Shown: positions 57,376 to 64,000 of the stretch, piece after piece | How positions within the stretch are numbered: position 1 is the first letter of the stretch | Layout: each line of letters opens with the position of its first letter | From: Candidatus Nanosyncoccus sp. | GTDB lineage: Bacteria > Patescibacteriota > Saccharimonadia > Saccharimonadales > Saccharimonadaceae | Assembly (NCBI GenBank): GCA_045615385.1 | Contig: JAZLES010000008.1 | Span: 2,601-66,600 of the forward strand | Reading direction: 5' to 3' | Length of the DNA: 64,000 nucleotides | Position numbers and translations under genes: made by a program | Notes under the pieces: generated by a model | The model's input: only the letters and a program-made list of their open reading frames with translations | The model's database searches: none | Told to the model about the DNA's origin: nothing

Positions 57376-57714
57376 TCACATCTTACTTTCTTCTACTAAT
57401 TTCTTCAGCATCTTCTCCAATTCATTAAAAGGCGTCTCTATCAAATCCTTCGTATATATAATAAATATATAATCCTTCTCTTTCGGAATACTATCTATGT
57501 TTAATCTTAGCGCCTCATAAACTCTTCGCCTAATTCGGTTTCTCTTTACCGCCGACTTTTCAATCTTTTTTGAAATCACCACCGCAAATCTCGTAAATCC
57601 TCGCGTATTATCGGCAAAAACTAACGACATCTTCGGCAACCGAATCGTCTTCCCTTTTTGATAGACATATCTCACTCCCCCTCGTGAATGAAACCGATAT
57701 TTCTTTTCCAACAT
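57376..57714 (-). CDS. rnpA: Ribonuclease P protein component
   Basis: RFAVVISKK...AVKRNRIRRR. Confidence 0.93.
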   Translation of the reverse strand: MLEKKYRFHSRGGVRYVYQKGKTIRLPKMSLVFADNTRGFTRFAVVISKKIEKSAVKRNRIRRRVYEALRLNIDSIPKEKDYIFIIYTKDLIETPFNELEKMLKKLVEESKM

Positions 57715-57747
57715 ACAACCTAATCATAACACATTAAGTTTATGTTT

Positions 57748-57885
57748 TTACGCTGCGAGTCTTGCACGACCTTTCAAGCGACGACGCGCTAATACTTTGC
57801 GGCCATTTTTAGTAGCATTTCTCTTCATAAAGCCATGCTCAACCTTGCGTTGCCTCTTATGTGGCTGGTATGTTCGTTTTGGCAT
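57748..57885 (-). CDS. rpmH: 50S ribosomal protein L34 (absent from the ORF track)
   Basis: Translated by hand: [45 protein letters not shown]. Confidence 0.95.
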   Translation of the reverse strand: MPKRTYQPHKRQRKVEHGFMKRNATKNGRKVLARRRLKGRARLAA

Positions 57886-57942
57886 AAAATATTATTCCTT
57901 AAACTTTTATTAATTTCAAATTCTTTATATAGTATACCTCAT

Positions 57943-58071
57943 TTTTCCACAATTTTCAAGAAGTTTTCCACACCATTTTTAGAGATTCTTTTCTTGCTGT
58001 GGAAACTTTTTTCCCTGTTTCATTTCCAACATATTAAAACATAATTTAATCCCATATTTTCCTGTGGAAAA
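57943..58071. promoter_or_regulatory. DnaA-box cluster upstream of dnaA (oriC left part / autoregulation)
   Basis: TTTTCCACA at 57943 and 57964; reverse-strand boxes at 57998-58006 and 58063-58071. Confidence 0.75.
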
Positions 58072-58116
58072 CTCAATTTTCTGTGCTATACTATAAAAAA
58101 GGAGGTTTAATAAAAT

Positions 58117-59475
58117 ATGTACGACGTTTGGAAGAACGCACTTGCTGAGATTGAGCAACAAGTCCCTGCCGCAAATTTTTCTACCTGGTTCCAAGACACT
58201 TCCCTCCTCTCTACTGAAAATGGTAATATTAAAATCGGTGTTAAAAATTCCTTCTATATTAAACAACTTCGTACTCGTTATCTCGAGCTGATTATTACTG
58301 CCTTAAAAAACAATAATGTTGAAGTTGCTGAAATTGATTTCGAAATCAAATCTACCCCTAAAACTAAAGTTGAACCTCGTGAAGTTACTAAAAGCCCAGA
58401 AACTCTTAAAGACCGTCTTAAAACTATTCATCTTACACCCAAAAAGAATCCAATTAATAATGGACTCAATGATAAATACACTTTGGACAATTTCGTCATT
58501 GGCTCCAATAACGATTTAGCTGTATCTGCCGCTAAAAGCATCATCGCTGCTCCTGGTACTCGTTATAATCCTTTCTTTCTTTATGGTGGCCCCGGTCTAG
58601 GCAAAACTCACCTCGTCCAAGCTATTGGTAATGAACTTCTTAAAAATAATCCAAATTATAAAATTCTCTATACTCCTATTTCCCACTTCTATTCTGATTT
58701 TGTTGAAGCTATTCGCAGTGGTAAAGGTAAAGAATTTAATCGTAAGTTCGAAAAACTAGATTGTCTCATCATCGATGATTTTCAATTTATCGTTGGTAAG
58801 GAAAAATCCCAAGAAGAATTCTTTAATATATTCAATGATCTTTATCAACTCAATAAACAAATCATTATTACCAGCGACCGTCTCCCCTCCCAAATTAAGT
58901 CTGTAGATGAACGCCTTGCTTCTCGTCTTACTATGGGTGGAGCCTTTGATATCCAACTCCCTAAATTTGAAGATAAATGCGCTATTCTCCGCGCTAAGGC
59001 CGAACTCATGGGAGCCGAAATTGAACCTGAAGCTATTGAATATATTGCCGAAAACGTGAATACTAATATTCGTGACCTTGAAGGAGAATTTTCTACCATT
59101 CTCCTTATGTCCGAGGTACGTGGACTTACCCCCTTAGAATTAATCCATAATGGCTCAGTTAATGTTAATAAAACTTCTAAACTTCGCCCGGTTTCCCCTA
59201 AACAAATCTTAGAAAAAGTTGCAAAATATTACAGCCTAACTACTAAGGAAATGTGTAGTAAGACACGTGTAGCCAATATTAAAACCGCCCGCCAAATCGC
59301 CATGTTCCTTTTATCCAAAGAACTTAACCTTAGTACTAATAAAATCGCTTCCGAGGTTGGTGTCAAGGATCATACTACTGTTATGCATGGAATTAAAAAG
59401 ATTGAAAAAGATCTTAAACTAAATTTCACTCTTCGTGATCAAATTGAAGCTATTAAGGAAAAACTCTATGGCTAA
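58117..59475 (+). CDS. dnaA: Chromosomal replication initiator DnaA
   Basis: YGGPGLGKTHL, IIDDFQ, RLASRL, KDHTTVMHG. Confidence 0.97.
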   Translation: MYDVWKNALAEIEQQVPAANFSTWFQDTSLLSTENGNIKIGVKNSFYIKQLRTRYLELIITALKNNNVEVAEIDFEIKSTPKTKVEPREVTKSPETLKDRLKTIHLTPKKNPINNGLNDKYTLDNFVIGSNNDLAVSAAKSIIAAPGTRYNPFFLYGGPGLGKTHLVQAIGNELLKNNPNYKILYTPISHFYSDFVEAIRSGKGKEFNRKFEKLDCLIIDDFQFIVGKEKSQEEFFNIFNDLYQLNKQIIITSDRLPSQIKSVDERLASRLTMGGAFDIQLPKFEDKCAILRAKAELMGAEIEPEAIEYIAENVNTNIRDLEGEFSTILLMSEVRGLTPLELIHNGSVNVNKTSKLRPVSPKQILEKVAKYYSLTTKEMCSKTRVANIKTARQIAMFLLSKELNLSTNKIASEVGVKDHTTVMHGIKKIEKDLKLNFTLRDQIEAIKEKLYG

Positions 59476-59730
59476 CCTATTGAACCAAATTGTGAAAAAC
59501 CCGTGTAAAAACCCTTGGAAATCTTGGTTTAAAAAATGTGTTCATTTTAGTGCAAAAAATTTCTTCTTTCAAAAAGCTGTGTATAACCCTACTTTTTCCT
59601 CCACTTTTACTAATCATTCCACTATTTTTCCCACATTAATTTTACCCCTATTTTTTATCAATCTTTTCCACTATTCCACAAAGCTTACTATAACTACTAT
59701 TAAATTAAATAATATAAAAGGAGCTTTTTA
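59476..59730. other. Probable oriC unwinding region (DnaA boxes, DnaA-trios, AT-rich DUE)
   Basis: TGTGTATAA (59578), tandem TTTTCCACT/TATTCCACA (59664-59680), then TTACTATAACTACTATT and an AT run. Confidence 0.75.
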
Positions 59731-60831
59731 ATGAAAATAAAAGTTACACAAGAAAAACTAAGTAAAGCCTTAAATAATATTAGTCGTATTGCAATCGGAA
59801 AAGTCACTCTTCCTATCCTTAATAATGTCCTCATTAGAGTGAATCATAAAAAGGTCTCCTTAATTACCACTAATCTAGAAATGGCTATGGTTGATTTTCT
59901 TCCAGTCTCTAATTCCGAAGATGGTGTTGTTACAGTACCCGCTAAACTCCTTGCTGAATTTGTATCCAACCTACCTAAAGGTGAAACCATCGAAATCTCC
60001 TCAACCGATACTAAAGTTACCATTTCTGCTGGCAAATATTCCTCAGTTATTAATGGTAGTCTCGCTGATGATTTTCCAGAACTTCCAGAAATAGTTGAAA
60101 AAGAAGCCGTCACTTTCAAGATAGGTATAGAGGAGTTTAAACACAGTTTAAGCCAAGTTATTATTGCTAGTTCTAACGATTTAACTAGGCCAGCTTTAAC
60201 TGGTGTTTATTTTAATACGTATGATAATATTTTAGCTATTGCTGCTACGGATGGTTATCGTTTAGCGGAGAAACAACTAATTAATAAAGTAGAAAGTGAT
60301 GTTAGCGCAATTGTTCCAGCTAGTTCTCTTCAGGAAGTTCTTCGTTCAATTAGTGATGATATAGAAGAAATCGAGATATCATTTAATGATGACCTAGTTA
60401 GATTTAGGCTGGGAGAAATTGAAATAATTTCTAAATTAATTGACGATAGTTTTCCAGATTACCAAAAATTAATTCCTAAAGAGTGCTCCATTAAAACTGT
60501 CCTTAATCGTGAAGAATTGGTTCGGATTACTAAACTTGCTGCCCTCTTTGCTAGATCGGTAGGTGGCTCCATTATTTGTGAAGCTAAAACCCCAGATACT
60601 TTCTCGGTTAAATCTATTGCTAATGAATTTGGTGAAAATGATTCTAATATTGAAGCAACTGTTAGTAAGCCTGGTAAAATTAATCTTAATTCTCGTTTTC
60701 TCCTTGATGCTCTTAATGCTCTTGAAGAAAAAGAGATTAGCTTTAATTTCTCCGATCGCATAGCTCCAATTCTTCTCAAAAACAAGAAGGATAAGAAATA
60801 TACTCATATTATAATGCCATTAAATTCATGA
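59731..60831 (+). CDS. dnaN: DNA polymerase III beta clamp
   Basis: TTNLE, RPALTGVYF, ATDGYRLA, FPDYQKLIP, IIMP. Confidence 0.96.
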   Translation: MKIKVTQEKLSKALNNISRIAIGKVTLPILNNVLIRVNHKKVSLITTNLEMAMVDFLPVSNSEDGVVTVPAKLLAEFVSNLPKGETIEISSTDTKVTISAGKYSSVINGSLADDFPELPEIVEKEAVTFKIGIEEFKHSLSQVIIASSNDLTRPALTGVYFNTYDNILAIAATDGYRLAEKQLINKVESDVSAIVPASSLQEVLRSISDDIEEIEISFNDDLVRFRLGEIEIISKLIDDSFPDYQKLIPKECSIKTVLNREELVRITKLAALFARSVGGSIICEAKTPDTFSVKSIANEFGENDSNIEATVSKPGKINLNSRFLLDALNALEEKEISFNFSDRIAPILLKNKKDKKYTHIIMPLNS

Positions 60832-61832
60832 TTATTAAATCTATTAAACTTACTAATTTTCGTAATCACACTGACTATTTTTTAGAATGTGATCAGGAAA
60901 CCTCGCTCATTTTAGGTAAAAATGGTAGTGGTAAAACTTCTGTCCTTGAAGCTATCTATATTTTAACGCGTGGTAAAAGTTTTCGGGCTACCGACCCAGA
61001 AATTATTAAACGCGGTACTGATTTTTATCGAATTGAACTTGAATATATGAATGGTGAAAAAAATATTGCAACTTATGATGGCAACCATAAAACCTTTATA
61101 ATTCTCGATAAAAAAAGTAGACGACTCCCTAAAAAGAACCAATATCCTATCGTTCTCTTTCTTCCATCTGATCTCCATCTTATCAGTTCCTCACCGAGCC
61201 GTCGGCGTGATTATTTTGACCATATTTTTAATGAATTTGATGAAAATTATAATCATAGCCTCTTAAAATATGAAAAAGCCTTAAAACAACGTAATGAATT
61301 ACTAAAACAAGAAAACATTAATAATGAAGCAGTTTTTTCCTGGAATATCCTTCTCGCGAAATATGGAATAGATTTATACAATTATCGCAAAAACTTTATT
61401 CAAGATATTAATTATTCACTCACTAAGACTTATCAATCAATCGCTAAAAACCATGATGAAGTTGAAATTATTTATCAAACCGAAGTAAAAAGTCCATTAG
61501 ATAATGATTATCTTCATCAATTAGAAGCGAATTTTCAGAAAGATTCCTATCTTGGTTATACTAGTTTTGGTATTCATCGAGACGATTTTGTTTTTCAATT
61601 TAATCATCAAGAAGCTGACGGCTCAGCTTCAAGGGGAGAAGCTCGCTCTGTTATTTTAGCCTTAAAATTTATTGAAGCCAATCTTATTTATCAAAAAACC
61701 AACTTAAAACCAATCATCCTATTAGATGATGTTTTCTCAGAGCTCGATGAAACTCATCGTAAATGTCTAGTTAAAAACTTCAAAAATAACCAAGTTATTA
61801 TTACTAGTGTAGAAAATTTCAAAAAGCCTTAA
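60828..61832 (+). CDS. recF: DNA replication/repair protein RecF
   Basis: NFRN, GKNGSGKTS, RRDYFD, SRGE, LLDDVFSELD. Confidence 0.93.
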   Translation: MIIKSIKLTNFRNHTDYFLECDQETSLILGKNGSGKTSVLEAIYILTRGKSFRATDPEIIKRGTDFYRIELEYMNGEKNIATYDGNHKTFIILDKKSRRLPKKNQYPIVLFLPSDLHLISSSPSRRRDYFDHIFNEFDENYNHSLLKYEKALKQRNELLKQENINNEAVFSWNILLAKYGIDLYNYRKNFIQDINYSLTKTYQSIAKNHDEVEIIYQTEVKSPLDNDYLHQLEANFQKDSYLGYTSFGIHRDDFVFQFNHQEADGSASRGEARSVILALKFIEANLIYQKTNLKPIILLDDVFSELDETHRKCLVKNFKNNQVIITSVENFKKP

Positions 61833-63994
61833 TCTTTGAGTGCGTAATAATCTTTTAAGAAAGCCACTACTGGGTTTTCGCTTCCCTCAAAGAATTTTAT
61901 ATTATTGTAAGCCGAAGAATCACCGGCATATTGTCTTAAGGTTGCGGTCGCCCTTGCTAGTGAGACATATCTCTGCGCATATTTATATGTTTGCCATTCA
62001 GGGTTATTTGTTGAATTAACAAATGCTGCCCCCGAAGCAATCCTTTTCTTCGTATTGGAAGAGTCTAAGAAAGTTTTAATCATTTCTAAAATATTCTTTA
62101 AGAAAGGAATGGAAGAAGATTCTTTATCTAGAGAATCTAAAATTCCTCCATCAACTACCCCTAATGGTGTTTTTCTTTCATTATTATATAGAATAAATTT
62201 AGCTAAAACTGAATTTTTCTTCACTGTCCTTGTTCCTGTTGAGCTCAAATCTGTATTTTCTTCCACAAACTTAATAAATTCACTATTATTAAAAGTATTG
62301 TCAAGAGTCGAAGTATCAAAAGTCGCAATTTCAGAACAATGCGCTGAGCCTGCGGCTCCTATGGTTGCATAAGTCTCACAATCACCAAAAGTCGATAAGT
62401 ATCCTGCTGTTTCTTCTGCATAAGAAGCTGGTAATAATGAGATTGCTGACGAATTTGTCAAATTAGCAAAAGACTTTATTCCTGCTAATCCCGAACCTGA
62501 AAACTTCATACTAACAATCGCAAAATTATAAATAATTGAACCTAGGAAAGTATTTTTAGAAGTGATATCAAACGGACTTCGATTTTTCCTATCAATTTCT
62601 GCATCCATTGCTAAGATTTTTGTATTCAGCCTATTATAACTAATTACTGCCACTTCATCTCCTGCTGTTGCTCCACTCTTCTTTGCTAATTCTTTCCCTA
62701 CATTTACGGCGCCTTCAACTAAATATTCTCCTGCATTAATACCTTTTATTGTTTCATATGAATTATCCATTAATGAACTAGCAACAATCGGGCTTAATAG
62801 TTTTAATAATGCTTGAGATGCTAATGCTATTCCATCACTAATAAAACGCCCAATTCTCCCCTTTGTCTTTTTTTCAGTAGAAGTAATTGTACCCGAAATT
62901 GTTTCAATCCCTCCCTTTTGACCGACCTTATTTTCAATTATTTTTAATATACGATCTGAAGAATAATTTTCTACTTCTTCTGCCTTCACTTTACTACCAG
63001 ATAATACCGCATAGAGGCTTGGAGACTCTAGCGGTGTTCCACTGACTTTTTTAGGCTCACCAGTTTTTACATCTATTACTTCCACTTCGCTATCTTCATA
63101 TAAATAATTCATAGCTTCATTTATCTTTGAGTCACTTCCCTCCCCCGCTTTCATTTTGCTAATATTTTCCATAAAAGTTAGAAAGAATAAACTCGATCGC
63201 TGTTCTTTCGAAATTGTATCAGCAACCTTCAGTGCGTCAGCTGTATTTAAGGCTGACCTATTTTCATTTATTGCTGGATTTTTAGTCCTGACCGCATCAA
63301 TAAATCCTTCAGCATTACCGTTGCTAGAATTAGCCTCTTCCCCATTTTCTTCATATTCATAATAAACTTCTACTTCGCCAGTTTTCTCATTTTCCTTAGT
63401 CTTTTCCACCAAGGATACACTATTTACACTTATGTCGCTTCCCTCACCCATCACCAACGACATTACTTCACCGAAATCCGATTTGCTCGTATAATTATCT
63501 CTATCCGTACCAATTTCTTGAAATACTTCTTTAGCCGCTTCATCATAATAATACGCCGCTCTCCCATAAGTCGCATTATTAAAAGCTTCATATAATTTAA
63601 TGTTATTATTTACTTCTGTAATAAAATCTTCCGCTGTAATAGTTTTATCCTCCATTTGTAAAGCTAATCCACCTTCATGTTTATTCGTCGTGACAAATTC
63701 GCCTCCATTTAAATAACCCACGAGCACCCCATTCTGTTCCAATATTCTTGCAGTGTCCTCTGGCACGTCCCCATCTTTTAATGCTTGCTGGAAAACTAAC
63801 TCTTTACTTCTTACCGCATCACCATATTGTACGTCAGTTTCCTCTATCAATCTCTCAGAAATCGCCGAAGGCACAATATTCCCCGTTCCAAAAAGCACCA
63901 AAAAAACTATAATCATCAAAGTAATAAAGCCTGCTGCCCCCAAAGACTTTAATAATCCAAAAGATTTTTTCTGAATCACATTTTTCCCGGTCAC
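61829..63994 (-). CDS. Large hypothetical membrane protein; frame stays open to the window edge, so probably 5'-truncated
   Basis: At least 721 aa with a TM near the visible N-terminus; no stop between 63994 and 64000 in frame. Confidence 0.7.
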   Translation of the reverse strand: MTGKNVIQKKSFGLLKSLGAAGFITLMIIVFLVLFGTGNIVPSAISERLIEETDVQYGDAVRSKELVFQQALKDGDVPEDTARILEQNGVLVGYLNGGEFVTTNKHEGGLALQMEDKTITAEDFITEVNNNIKLYEAFNNATYGRAAYYYDEAAKEVFQEIGTDRDNYTSKSDFGEVMSLVMGEGSDISVNSVSLVEKTKENEKTGEVEVYYEYEENGEEANSSNGNAEGFIDAVRTKNPAINENRSALNTADALKVADTISKEQRSSLFFLTFMENISKMKAGEGSDSKINEAMNYLYEDSEVEVIDVKTGEPKKVSGTPLESPSLYAVLSGSKVKAEEVENYSSDRILKIIENKVGQKGGIETISGTITSTEKKTKGRIGRFISDGIALASQALLKLLSPIVASSLMDNSYETIKGINAGEYLVEGAVNVGKELAKKSGATAGDEVAVISYNRLNTKILAMDAEIDRKNRSPFDITSKNTFLGSIIYNFAIVSMKFSGSGLAGIKSFANLTNSSAISLLPASYAEETAGYLSTFGDCETYATIGAAGSAHCSEIATFDTSTLDNTFNNSEFIKFVEENTDLSSTGTRTVKKNSVLAKFILYNNERKTPLGVVDGGILDSLDKESSSIPFLKNILEMIKTFLDSSNTKKRIASGAAFVNSTNNPEWQTYKYAQRYVSLARATATLRQYAGDSSAYNNIKFFEGSENPVVAFLKDYYALKD

Positions 63995-64000
63995 GTGCGA

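Noticed and set aside
59700-64000. Apparent absence of a sharp GC-skew flip after oriC, and a G-richer patch inside dnaN (about 60110-60460)
   Set aside because: Hand counts on a few lines were mixed and only about 4 kb follows the origin; a cumulative skew calculation on a longer sequence is needed
9600-64000. Numerous 60-155 aa antisense or overlapping ORFs in the track (e.g. 17739-18203, 26244-26600, 27489-27875, 60459-60785)
   Set aside because: Shadow frames of well-supported genes, with no RBS or motifs

Overview
Chromosomal window from a small AT-rich bacterium. Gene content and order suggest Candidatus Saccharibacteria/Patescibacteria (inference from the VirB4-PrgI-VirB2-pilin cluster, the short LexA and compact intergenic spaces); genetic code 11 is used. 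(1) 1-9409 is the right end of a GC-richer genomic island integrated at tRNA-Lys(CTT). It carries a YeeA/YeeB/YeeC-like MTase-helicase-GIY-YIG trio behind a long, highly structured 5' leader, plus a large serine recombinase whose reading frame runs antisense through the tRNA. (2) 9.6-33.5 kb is core genome: rny, dnaJ, a type IV secretion/VirB2-pilin cluster with a two-domain peptidoglycan hydrolase, hsp20, comF, tRNA-Ser, groESL (CIRCE boxes), ackA, uvrA. (3) 33.5-55.8 kb is a large surface-glycan locus: an unusual YidC-TagF-like fusion, a HisC-fold PLP enzyme, a cytidylyltransferase-oxidoreductase fusion, wzm/wzt, glf, glycosyltransferases, a sulfatase-fold transferase and an LCP ligase. (4) 55.8-64 kb is the origin region: jag, yidC, rnpA, rpmH, DnaA boxes, dnaA, DnaA boxes plus DnaA-trios, dnaN, recF. 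No CRISPR array or rRNA was seen. All calls come from reading motifs by eye; no searches or folding programs were run.
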